A DNA stretch of 64,000 bases from Patella caerulea (taxonomy: Eukaryota), in the NCBI GenBank assembly GCA_036850965.1, contig JAZGQO010000014.1, forward strand, positions 6,790,208-6,854,207, in the 5' to 3' direction. The notes beneath the pieces are model-generated. The model was not told the origin of the DNA and did not search any database. It saw only the letters and a program-made list of their open reading frames with translations. This document shows positions 12,240-24,221 of this stretch, one piece after another (the stretch's first letter is position 1; each line of letters opens with the position of its first letter). Made by a program: the position numbers and the translations under genes.

Positions 12240-12440
12240 TCACTCTGCATAGCGAAAGCAGAAAATGTATTTCTCATTTAGCCTGAGCAGAAAATGTTAA
12301 TTACCTAACTCAGACAAGAAATGCACCTACTTTTTATAAACATCTACCTGAATTAAAAGCATAGTTATTGTGTCCCAAATCGTGCACCAGAAAGACAGAC
12401 AAAACCATTTTATTAGTCTCCCACTTTCATCGAAAGTGTC
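12240..12440 (+). mobile_element. Degenerate relic of a HINE1 3' region (old copy)
   Basis: ..aaatgctcat-like monomer remnants are followed by attaaaagcatagttattgtgtcccaaatcgtgcaccagaaagacagacaaaaccattttattagtctcccactttcatcgaaagtgtct. This aligns to the canonical tail attagaaggagagttattgtgtcccaaaaagtgtgatggacagaca..gaacccattttaataatcccccaactttcttcgaaaggcggggg, with a decayed microsatellite and hairpin. Confidence 0.35.
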
Positions 12441-15400
12441 TATTTCATTACAATTCCACATTTATTTAAGAATTGAATGAGGAAGCTTTCCTAGCTACAT
12501 CTTTAGATAAGCACAAATGACAAATTAGCCCAATTAAACTACATTTTTTTTACTGTTGACAGACTGAAGAAAATTAATAAATGCTTTTTTTGGCAATCTT
12601 AGTCGATGAAATATTTAATCAAAGTGGGATTGGCTTTGAGAAAATAAAGAGAACTACTTATTCTTTAAAGGTCCACATGCTTATCCAATAATAACGGATT
12701 ATGTAAAACAGTCAAACAAATATACTTTTAAAAAAAGCATTTCCCTTCCATACCTGGAAACCAGTCACTTGCTCTTCTCTATGACAAAGTTTGTAAATAA
12801 TCTGCTATTGATGTTTTGAAATGTTGTGAGTTTAAGTAGTGATCAGATCCTCCATACCCCAAACACCTGGATTTCCCTTGAAGTTAAGATCTGCATATTC
12901 ATTGGAATGGATGGATGTTCAACTGACCTAACCAACACTTTCAAAAATCTGCACAGCAAACTTTCCAACATAAATATTCCATACTATTTCTAGAAGCATT
13001 TCCAAGTTCGCTTGTAAACAATCAATAATAGACTTTACACAGATGGCTTCAAACCATAGCATAAATTTTAGTATGTACAGAAAAAAGGCTATAAAATCCC
13101 ATATGGTACATTTTCCTATAAGCTAATGGAAAAGATGGAAAGTGTCATTCATATCAAATAAAATATTTATAGATGTTTCATCAATTTGCACCCAAGGCCA
13201 TTATCCCATACAGTATATTATCAAATAAGGGCTACCTCATACTGAACTATCTATGACAACCTCCTGACACAACAAAGCATTCCTAGCAGACAGAGCAATG
13301 TTTAAGTCTTCCTAATATCTACAATAAGATGAGAGCACCACTGTCTGATCCACAGTAAATTCATACAAAATAACAATCGTTCATGTCTTTAAACTTCACG
13401 AATCTAAGAAATCCAAGACAAAAATAAAAAAGACAAAAAAAAAATAGTAGTTTTTAAGGTATTATTTTTTTTTTACAAATTCTGCTAATATGGCATGATT
13501 CACCCACACAAATGTAAAACATTGCAATCAGCTATCTTATTAAAATTATGATATATAAGTCTGTGAATGTCATTATCAGGGATGTTTTTTTACTATAATA
13601 TTGCGAAAGATGAATCTCTGAAAGGAATACCAGGAGTAAAATCATTCAGTTAAGTTCAGTATCTATGAAGATATGATAAATTAAAAACTCCACAACCATC
13701 AGCATTCTCTGAAGATAATAAAAACTGAATATAATCATAAACCAAAGCCATGAAAAATTTGATATTTTCTAAAAAATATAAATGACACACAGAGGCTTTA
13801 AGTAACTTAAAAAGATCATCTCAATTTTAACAGTCTCAGAAATAAAAGTTTCATCCCAATTTTATTAACAGAGGCTCAGACACTGTATAATACAGCATGG
13901 GACAATGCTCTACATTTCCAGATGAAGACTAAGGGGTTCATGTTGTTAGAAAAGAATCACATACATTGAATTAGTAGAGGTTTTCAAGGGCTTTTCACAA
14001 AAATTAAGCAGTTTTATTCTCAGAAATATAATCACGATTAGCTCTTTAAAAAGCAAAAAATCCTCACAAAATGTGAAATATTTATATGAACAGACCTTCA
14101 CAAATTTACAAAGATATAATTTTAGCTCCGCAAAAACAGAAAACAACAAAGAAATATGTGAAAATAAAAAAAAAATGTATCAAATTAACATATCTAAATT
14201 CTGTCTAATAGTCTTACAAAACATTTGTCTTTTTTTCCATTGTCAAAAAAGAATTCTAATTTCATGCTTTATAAAAAGCATTAGACAAATTTATACATGA
14301 GAGGAACATATTTTACTATACATACCTTCATCCATATCTACAACAATAACTTTCCTCAATCGTTGGTTTTGTCAACTAATAACCAATCACAAGATAAGGA
14401 CTTCTACAAGTACATTAAGACACTCTTATTTTCTACCTTATCCTAAATGATAACAGTTTGTACTGACATTAGGTTAAAGTCTTTATCCTATGATAGTCTA
14501 ATTGATGCAAAATGTTTATAAAGTTTAATATATTAACCAACAGAGAAAAAAAAAACAATCTCACTCAACTATCAATTCACTTAAGATGTTTTCTCAAATC
14601 AAACTGAATGTCCATATTGAAAGCTGTGTCTGAAGGTCAGAACAGTTTGGCTGTCAGTCAAATACTAACATTGCATGTTCTGTGTCCAAACGTGTCAATT
14701 GCCAAAACTTTTACATGATTGTAAATTGGAAAACTAGTGTTAAGACTTGGGTCAGTAGAGTGACAAGTGGTCTTGTGGTGGTCCAGTTTTTGAGGACAAC
14801 CAACAGCTGTGTGTGGTAATTCTACAGTAAACCCATGACAGCACATTCAAAATTTACAAACAGCCTGTGTTAATTTTACCAATTATGAGGTACAGTGTAC
14901 AAAACCTAATGTCACTGTGAAGTTTTAAAAAAATTTTCAAAACTCTTTACACAGATCTCAGTGCTATGTCAAATAAAAAAAAATACGAAGATACTACATC
15001 TTCAAAGAAAAATAAAAAAAAACCTTAGCCTACATAAAATATCGTAATTTTCTAATTAGCTGTCTGAGACAGCACCTGAGATTTCCTACAATTTTCTTAA
15101 TCTCTTATAATCCACCAAAATTGATTGCCAAGGCAGTGGCTTTGTATGCGTTTTTAGCTTCTGATAAGAGAGCTAAATCAAATTTGGTGACAACTGAAAC
15201 CCCTTAGATATACATTTAGTACTATACTGTTTGTATTAATGTATGTGTCTATGCAATATGTATCATAAATGTATATGACTATATCTAATACAATAAGTGT
15301 CTATGTATGCATGCTGTGCATGATGGCTGTTTCGACGCAATAAACATCTTATCTTATATTAATGTACATTATTATTTGTATGCCACCTCTTGTAGTAGAT

Positions 15401-15884
15401 GTTTTGGTGTAATAAAATACCCAATCTTATCATCTTGGTCAATTTGTTTATTAGAATTTCCTTCGGTTTAAATGGTATTTCTAGTCTACAGTTTAACTGA
15501 CTTACCCACTGTTTGGTGAAAAAAAAATAAAACGGTTTAAAGACAAGAGGGTCAGTAATAGTTATACACAACATTTTTTCTGGTGACATAGCACTGGCCA
15601 ATGAATGTTGATATTTATTGTTGACCCACTGGACAAATAGTTTACATTCACGAGTACCTGATTCAACTGTTTAACCTAGTTCAACAAGGGATTAACAAAA
15701 ATTAAATTAAATCCAAATACTACAGCTGGTGATATATGTCACTTAACATGACCATTTGAAAACAATCTGTCAATATTTATTGGCATAAATTACAGAATCA
15801 ACCAATATTTTATTTACCTAATTAACATAAACAAAAACATACAAATATTTTACTTTTACATTTCTGACTGTCCTGCAGCTAGAG

Positions 15885-16038
15885 ATTCCAAATTAGTTCC
15901 ATAAAGAATTTTGTATCCCCAAATTTGTTCTAAAAACAATTTTGTATTCTCAAATTAGTTCTAAAAGCAATTTTGTATCCTCGATTTAGTTCTAAAAACA
16001 ATTTTGTATTCCCAAATTAGTCCTAAAAAAATTTGTAC
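15885..16038. repeat. Minisatellite, about 31-bp unit (caaattagttctaaaaacaattttgtattcc), 5 copies
   Basis: Tandem copies are visible at 15885, 15917, 15949, 15980 and 16011. Confidence 0.8.
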
Positions 16039-17014
16039 CATAAATAAATATGTCATGTTATGTTGGAGTTACACATGGGAGACATAAAAACAAGTACAGT
16101 AAGGCAAACGGCGGGGAATGACGGGACAATGACCCCTATTCAACGTTTATACAAGGGCCCTAGTAACCTTTTTCTGCCAGGGGCCTCATGCAAGCTTAAT
16201 TCATGCCTGAAAATGACAACATTTATTTAGTATGTAAGTGTCTAAGATTAAAACTAGAAATAATGGTATTTTTGCAAAAATACACATATACTTTAATTGA
16301 TTGTTCACTTATTTAATGCCTACTTTAACCATTGTTAGATAACAATAGAAAAATGTTCCATCAATCATCAAAGTGAACAGGAAATCAATTTTATTCAACA
16401 ACAATGTCGTGCTTTGTTTCCAAAGATATTGTTTCAACTCTATCAGGAATAAAGCAGCATATTATGCTGCTCCACCACTGCATACATTAATCATGCAACC
16501 TGTGCAATGTTAAAAACAAAATCACGTTGACATTAACTGGAAGGCCAACATCTTTTTCTATAAATATATTATTTTCAAGTCAACTGTATTAAACTCAATT
16601 ATACTCTTTATAATACATCATCCTACCCTTCTTAGAATTTCAAATGCCATGAGATGTATCAATTTATAATTTGTGTACTTTTATTTAATACATTTGTATA
16701 TTGGATATTATAGAATGCTGTCCTTAAAGGGTGTTTTGATACAATAAAATTCTATTCTTAACTATATTTAGTAAAGGGTTGTGTCATAATATGATTCATT
16801 ACTTAGTGAGCTCGAGGTAGATACTGATTTCAGGCTTCCAATTCCAAATAGAATGTGACAAATCCTGCTAAGTCCTTTTTAATCAACGTAAGAATCTGAA
16901 CTGAGGATATTAATACTTTTGAGTTCAGTAGCCTAGGTACACAGCCATAGCAACCCATATAGTTTTGCAGGAAGGGGATCATTTAGCACTATGGCTAGTT
17001 GTATTATAACATTG

Positions 17015-17740
17015 AAAGATAGGCTGGCACTGCCAGGCAGGATACGCCCACATTTTCGAGAGATGGACAGAGAACAAGCAATACCGAAAGTGATTTTTCC
17101 TACATCTTTAAGTCCTGTATTTCATACTGTATTGGGAGCAGCCATTTAGTTGGTCAGTTCCAGTCTGATATTAATGAAACTCGAAACCGACAATGATTAT
17201 GGTGTGACGGTACACAACCTAGAAATGTGACTTTTCATCAAAATCGGATAAGAATTGTGACCTGTAGCGAGTCCACAACCATGATATACCATATTTTTAC
17301 ACTATTCGCGTACAAACGGCGACCATTTCGTCCGGCAATTTTGGTACGATTTTCACGAAATAAGAACTCAACCTTCCTCATCAAAATTGAATTAAAATTG
17401 TGACCTATACAGGGTCCACAACCATGATATATCATTTTTTTAACAGTATTCGCGTACAAACGGCGGCCATTTTGTCTGTCAATTTTGGTCCGATTTTCCC
17501 GAAATTCAAACTCAACCTTCCTTACAGTGTAACGGTGATATAATCAAACGTTTTTTTAAATTGGATAATAATTGTGACCTCCAGAGGGACCACAAGCTAA
17601 AGAAAGGGGGATTTTGCGTATAACCAGGGGCCATAATTCAGGAAGTTACGATCCGATATGCGCAAATATTGAAAAGAACCAAGATCTTTGGGTTATAACG
17701 ATGAATTTCAAGTTTCATCAAAATCGAATTAAAATTGTGT
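17015..17740 (+). mobile_element. HINE2 copy (Helentron-like satellite-bearing element; head plus about 2 monomer units, no tail)
   Basis: The head is aaagataggctggcactgccaggcaggatacgcccacattttcgagagatggacagagaacaagcaataccgaaagtgatttttcctaca. The units carry the twin gtgacct.ta.agggtccacaa motifs and ..ggcg.ccattt.gt..ggcaattttggt.cgattttc.cgaaat.... The same head is seen at 52842. Confidence 0.7.
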
Positions 17741-18883
17741 AATGAGTACTGGTGGATTTAATCAACAGATATTATAGACTAGAGATTAGTATGTCTGTGT
17801 TGATATTTTCAAGTATTGGAGTGCTCTAATGCTGCTAATAAAATAACAAGAACCAGTGAAGACATAGCAAATAACAATCTCTTATTACTGTCAATATTGG
17901 ACAGACAGAGACCATCGTCAACAAAAACATCCTTCCATAATCTCACACAGGTCAAAAATATGATTAACTTGCACATGTTGACCATCTTTCCCTCTGTTTA
18001 TGTAACAAACAAAGCCCATTCCACACTAAATACTGCCCAGTCAACAATATCAAGTATTTCTTCGCTCCACAAAATAAACAATACATCACTGTTTTCTGTT
18101 AGATTGCAGATATCAATAAACGCTGAGCCAGTTCTGTCATTTAAACAGGATTAACCACTATTTATTGAATTTTGTTGTGAAGTACAGAGAGAAATCAGGG
18201 ATTTTGGATTTTCAAGAAACAATTTGAAAAAGTCAAAATATTTCAAAATTTATTTGAAAACATCCTACTGTATTACTTGAAAGCAAAATTTTAGAGAATA
18301 CACAACCATGACCAGACATGAAGGTTCTCATTTAGTATTTGCTGTCAATACGTTTACACAATCTAGAAAGTTAAAGTGGTGTGTTCTTAAATTTAAAGTG
18401 AGCTTTGGTATGAAAATCAAAAGTGAAACTGTGAAGAAATAGAAGTCTTAAATTGAAATCATCAACTATCCAAAAATTAGTCCTAGATTTCCTTAACTGG
18501 GTTTGATTTCAGGAACTAACATTCAAAACACTCACTTACAAATAGTTTCAGCAAGAATAATGCTTAATTATCCAAAAATGGATCTGGAGACAATTGTCAA
18601 GTTTGTACTTTTTCAGAAAATTATTGCAAAGATTTAGATAGCTGCAAAGGACTAAATAAGATCCACGTTTTTAAATGTCTTTCACACAGAAGTAGCCATT
18701 CTTTTCTTTAAAATATATCTGGAACAACATGCATAAACGCTAAAACAGTACCTGACAAAATACAGTAATATAGTTATAAAATATTGGGGTTTTTTTAGTT
18801 TATACATGACCATAAAAACAGTGCTACAATTGTTCCCGATTAATTGACAATGAAAATAATTGTAAGATCATTGGTCATATAAA

Positions 18884-20042
18884 CAAGCCAACAGTGAGGC
18901 TGATGTCCCCCGCCGAAATCCCAAAATAATTAGATGACACATATTAATTAATCGCACATTTATTTTTTTCAAACGTATCGACCAATCAAACTGAACACGA
19001 AGTGTCATCCAAAAATTGCTTATCTCTGCCTACCATAAGAAGAAAATACTCATCTTCGAACTCCATCAAGGCAATGACCTAATAAGCATACACACCAATT
19101 TTGAACTTTTTAACTCAATTCGAAGGAGAGTTATTGTGTTCCAAAGTCTCGGCAAATCAAATTGCTTATCGCTCTGCGTTCCCTGAGCAGAAAATGCTCA
19201 TTATTGATCATAGTCAAGGTATTACTGTAATGAAACTATACACCAAGTTTCATCACTCTCACTTAAGAAGAACTAAAGTTATCGTGTCTCAAAGCATCAA
19301 CCAATCAAATTGCTTATCTCTGCCTACCCTAAGCGGAAAATGCTCATCTTCGAACTCCATCAAGGCATTGACCTAATAAGCATTTACACCAAGATTGAAC
19401 ATTTTAACTCAATTAGAAGGAGAGTTATTGTGTTCCAAAGTCTCGACCAATCAAATTGCGTATCGCTCTGCTTACCCTGACCAGAAAATGCTCATTATCG
19501 AACTTAGTCAAGGTATTACTGTAATGAAACTATACACCAAGTTTCATCACTCTCACTTAATTAGAACTAAAGTTATCGTGTCCCAAAGCATCAACCAATC
19601 AAATTGCTTATCTCTGCTTACCCTAAGCGGAAAATGCTCATCTTCGAACTCCATCAAGGCATTGACCTAATAAGCATATACACCAAGTTTGAACATTTTA
19701 ACTCAATTAGAAGGAGAGTTATTGTGTTCCAAATTCTCGACCAATCAAATTGCGTATAGCTCTGCTTACCCTGAGCAGAAAATGCTCATTATCGAACTTA
19801 GTCAAGGTATTACTCTAATGAAACTATACACCAAGTTTCATTAATCTCACTTAATTAGAACTAAAGTTATCGTGTCCCAAAGCATCAACCAATCAAATTG
19901 CTTATCTCTGCTTACCCTAAGCGGAAAATGCTCATCTTCGAACTCCATCAAGGCATTGACTTAATAAACACATACACCAAGTTTGAACATTCTAGCTCAA
20001 TTAGGAAGAGAGTTATTGTGTCCCAAAAAGTGTGATGGACAG

Positions 20043-20080
<38 letters not shown>

Positions 20081-20132
20081 GGACGAACCCATTTTAATAA
20101 TCCCCCAACTTTCTTCAAAAGGCGGGGGACAA
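18884..20132 (+). mobile_element. HINE1 copy 2, complete: head, about 7 satellite monomers (HOR dimers about 295 bp), (GACA)n and 3' hairpin
   Basis: The head caagccaacagtgaggctgatgtcccccgccg is at 18884. Monomers alternate two subtypes of about 145 bp. The tail is ..gttattgtgtcccaaaaagtgtgatgg(acag)n..cgaacccattttaataatcccccaactttcttcaaaaggcgggggacaa, ending at 20132. The head tgtcccccgcc is the inverse of the tail ggcgggggaca. Confidence 0.8.
20038..20084. repeat. (GACA)n microsatellite inside the HINE1 tail
   Basis: ggacagacagacggacagacagacagacagacagacagacagacgg. It is the source of the spurious minus ORF 19948-20244 (..CLSVCLSV..). Confidence 0.9.
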
Positions 20133-21339
20133 TGAATGAATAAACATTAACAAATTCTGTGATACAGGCTAAACAACATCTTTTTCTGATAATCGGTGCA
20201 GTATTAGATGTGTGTTCAACTATCAGAATAGATTTGACTGACATGACATATCATCTAGTTAATGCCTGGTACATATGAATTGGAGATATTTAATTTCTTA
20301 GTGAAAGCACAACTTACTCTCCCTTGATGGCATCTTGTTGCTAAACCAATAAAGTATATTCTATCAACTTACGGCATGTCTTGAACTTTCAAAAATCTTG
20401 TCTTTACTGTAAGTTGTTACAATTGTTATGTGTAGAATATCTAAAGTAACTGATGTTCTTGTTCATCTGTCACAGTCCTGTTTGTTACATTTTAATTATT
20501 TCTTCTTTAATCTTCCTTAACAACACCCATTTAGAAATACACAGACAGTCTTGTTATCATGGTGTCATTCATATAATTACTTTACCTATAGAGTTGTGAT
20601 AGTTTTTCTTCTTTTGGGTTGAGGTCCTTTTTTTTTTGACAAACAAGGACGACTTCAATGTGTTCACATACTCTTCAAATTCAAACAAGTAGTTCCCCCA
20701 TACGTTAAATTGAACTCATCCAGATTGAACGTGCTAAAAGTTAAAAAACTTGCCATAGAATTTAAAAAAACTTGTCAAAGTTTTACATCTTTAGTCATCA
20801 ATGTCAACACATGGTTGTAATATTTCTCCCTTCACAAAATATTTGTTAAATATTTTTTTTTTATTTAAAGTTTAATTATTAACTTTGTCAAATTATTCAC
20901 ATGCAGGATTTAAACATTTTAATGCACAACGATGGCATATTTATTCCTTCCAGTAGTTGTTAGACCTGATCTACGGAAGCGTAATAGGGCCACATTTTTT
21001 TTATATTATTATTCTATTTTCAATTTTTCAAGTTATAGACGGTGAGTTATAGACCTCAATGACCAGGTGCAGGAGTAGCCTACTCAATCACGCAGGTTTC
21101 CTCCTGCAGTGAAATTAATCCCCGCGCATTAGGCAAATCATCTCCGATAGCACATAGATGGGCACAAATTGACCAGATTATCATGGTGTCGAGGTGCCAT
21201 AAAACACCATTTATTCATTCATTCATTCATTCATTTTAACAGTATTTAGCCCTAAAGAAAACCTTTTTGAATTCCCCCCAAAAATTAAATGACAAATCAA
21301 ACGTCCCAGTTCCTAGTACTAAAAATAGTCTTTAGTGAC

Positions 21340-21596
21340 GTAATACAAGACATTCCTTCCCCTTCCTTGGATATCTCCCCCGCAGGACATCTGCCCCCGG
21401 ATACCCCCCACTCCTTTTTAATACTTTTACTCAGAGGACATTTCCTGCTGAAGACATCTCCCCTCCTAGGACATCTCCCACCGGACTTTTACTCACCGGA
21501 CATCTGCCCCCCCCCCCCCGGGACATCTACCCCACAAGTTTTTTCCCACCGACATTTTTCCTCTGGAACATCTGCCCCTTTGGACATCTCTGCCCC
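21340..21596 (-). repeat. Purine-rich (minus strand) 20-25-bp tandem repeats (..gggagatgtcc / gggcagatgtcc..) forming the 3' tail minisatellite of the adjacent SINE
   Basis: The ggacatct motif recurs 11 or more times on the plus strand. The spurious 115-aa proline-rich ORF 21289-21636 is its translation. Confidence 0.6.
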
Positions 21597-21729
21597 GGCC
21601 ACCCACCCTTTAGAAAGAGAGAGAAATGGGGTTTAACGTCCACTCGACACACACTAGGTCATTTCGGGACTAACTTATGGTTTTAATTTTATTTCGATAA
21701 TTCGCTTACGTGTAGGGGTCTTTAGCAGT

Positions 21730-21760
<31 letters not shown>

Positions 21761-21815
21761 ACGAGGTTGAGAAGGCGCCCCTATCTCGATCCATGCCACA
21801 TACACACATGATCAA
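21597..21815 (-). mobile_element. Deu-domain SINE (minus orientation)
   Basis: The minus strand reads ..cctcgtgggtttcctccgggcactccggtttcctcccactgctaaagacccc. This matches the Deu-domain core CTGCGTGGGTTTCCTCCGGGTRCTCCGGTTTCCTCCCACAnnCAAAGAC. The 3' part is ..gcgaattatcgaaataaa..ttagtcccgaaatgacctagtgtgtgtcgagtggacgttaaaccccatttctctctct. That tail is shared with the SINEs at 27138, 29207 and 42683. Confidence 0.6.
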
Positions 21816-22995
21816 AAATCGGTAATTGAAAATTAATTTGTTGAATAATACACAATATGAACTTTCAAGGTCACATCTATCTCCACATTTCACACACCTT
21901 AATTATGTATACAATTAGTGGCTTTAATTAGTCAAGCCACTAGGAATGAACTATAATATTTTCATCATTTTCCTAAACACTTATTATCTATCCACAATTT
22001 CATGTGAAAGTACTGGTTCAGTTCTGTCTATTCATATCATTTTCATGTACACTCCCCATTGCTTGAAATATTGCAATAGGAAATCCACAATTTTTAGGTA
22101 TATTTACCCTAAGAAGTTATGCTCTTGCTCTCGAAAGACTGTAAATACTCTACAGTTTTGTCACAAGGAGAAACATGTGAAAACTTTCAAATAAAATTCA
22201 TTGCTATGATCACAAAACCATGTAAACATTCTAGATTTAAGAGCTTTTGAGATTATCCTAAGACTTGCTCTCACTGAGTTAGTAATAATAAGGAAAGATA
22301 ATAATAAAAAAAAAAACTAAGTAATTATCAGTAATAAATTAAATGATTGGCTTCTAGTTCTTTTTGTGTATAAATTTCAAGTCAATCAGATGAAACCTAA
22401 GCTTCCAGACTGTCCACAAGGTCTTAAAAATTGATCAAGGCCCATAACTCCAAACAGTAATGATTGGAAATCATCAATACCCTTTTTTATCTCATGAACT
22501 TTTAACACTGTATAAATTTCAAGTAAATAGGATAGCCTCTAGAGCTTCCCCAAAAGAAATCTTCAAGTGTCATAACTCCATCTGTAAATATCAGAAATTC
22601 TAGAAATGTTTAAACTGATCTAGGACGATAACTCTGATAAATAATATTACAAACACCATGTATAAATGTTAAGTCAATTGGATAATATAAGTTTAGCAAT
22701 TTTGGACAAAACACCAATAGACAGGATTGAGTGACAAACCATGACCACATTTTAATGGTGGTTTGTAAATTCTCATCTAAATTTAAAGTCAATTATCTAT
22801 ACTCTTTCTTGCGTCATTTGATGAACAGCTATTATTTTTTTTTTTGTTGGCTGGTAAATATGTTAAATATGTCCTTTCATATAATATAATATTAATTTGG
22901 CTATTAACTGAGTATCATCTTAATAAAAATATTTCTTTTAACTCTTATGTGCCCACCAAACTCTCCCTAAAAAACTGAGGCGCCATTTTAAAAAA

Positions 22996-24130
22996 AACAA
23001 GGCAACAGTGAGGCTGATGTCCCCCGCCGAAATCCCAAAATAAATAGATGACACATTAATTAATCGCACATTTTTCAAACGTATCAAGCAATCAAACTGT
23101 ACACGAAGTGTCATCCAAAAGTGTTTTATAAAGAAAAATGCTAAAACCGATGAGAAAAATGAAAATGTACCCTAGTTAGGGGGACCCTAAAGGCAGACAA
23201 AAGGGCTCCCCCGCTTGACAGAAGGGCCCCTCTGGCCAAGGCAAAGGGCCCTTGTGTCTGAGTCAATCGTTTCTATACACTGTTACTGTCGAATCCATTA
23301 CTGAATGAGAATGCAGTCATTGTATTGGCATAAAAATCATCAATCAAGATGAACCTAAGTTATCTTGTCCCAAAGTATCAACCAATCAAATTGCTTATCT
23401 CTGCCTACCCTAAGCAGAAAATGCTCATCTTCGAACTCCATCACCTAATAAGCATACACACCAATTTTGAACATTTTAACTCAATAAAAAGGAGAGTTAT
23501 TGTGTTCCAAAGTCTCGGTAAATCAAATTGCTTATCGCTCTGCTTACCCTGAGCAGAAAATGCTCATTATCGATCTTAGTCAAGGCATTACTGTAATGAA
23601 ACTATGCACCAAGTTTCATCACTCTCACTTGAACTAAGGTTATCGTGTCCCAAAGCATCAACCAATCAAATTGCTTATCTCTGCTTACCCTAAGCGGAAA
23701 ATGCTCATCTTCGAACTCCATCAAGGCATTGACTTAATAAGCATATACACCAAGTTTGAACATTTTAACTCAATTAGAAGGAGAGTTATTGTGTTCCAAA
23801 GTCTCGACCAATCAAATTGCGTATCGCTCTGCTTACCCTGAGCAGAAAATGCTCATTATCGAACTTAGTCTGGGTATTACTATAATGAAACTATACACCA
23901 AGTTTCATCACTCTCACTTAATTAGAACTAAAGTTATCGTGTCAAAGCATCAACCAATCAAATTGCTCATCTCTGCTTACCCTAAGCGGAAAATGCTCAT
24001 CTTCGAACTCCATCAAGGCATTGACCTGATAAACACATACACCAAGTTTGAACATTCTAGCTCAATTAGGAAGAGAGTTATTGTGTCCCAAAAAGTGTGA
24101 CGGACAGATGGACAGACAGACAGACAGAAG

Positions 24131-24161
<31 letters not shown>

Positions 24162-24221
24162 GGACGAACCCATTTTTATAGTCCCCCAACTTTCTTCGAA
24201 AGGCGGGGGACAAAAAAAAAT
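22996..24221 (+). mobile_element. HINE1 copy 3, complete, with a foreign 215-bp insertion at about 23125-23340 and a terminal A-run
   Basis: Head acaaggcaacagtgaggctgatgtcccccgccgaaatcccaaaataaatagatgacac. Monomers run 23340-24095, the (GACA)n microsatellite 24102-24176, then ..cgaacccatttttatagtcccccaactttcttcgaaaggcgggggacaaaaaaaaa, ending at about 24221. Part of the inserted segment (gaaaaatgctaaaaccgatg..) recurs inverted at 63270-63300. Confidence 0.8.
24102..24176. repeat. (GACA)n microsatellite, about 18 units, in HINE1 copy 3
   Basis: cggacagatggacagacagacagacagaaggacagacagacagacagacagacagacagacgg. It is the source of ORFs 24013-24243(-) and 24048-24230(+) (DRQTDRQTD..). Confidence 0.9.

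Noticed and set aside
21289-21636. 115-aa proline-rich ORF
   Set aside because: It is a translation of the ggacatct-type tandem repeats forming the SINE 3' tail. It is low-complexity and has no start context.
19101-24100. ORFs 19101-19376, 19395-19670, 23349-23552 and 23756-24100 (91-114 aa, MNILTQLEGELLCSKVSTNQIAYRSAYP...)
   Set aside because: They are near-identical because they lie in successive HINE1 satellite monomers and have no homology-like features. They are translations of the tandem repeat.
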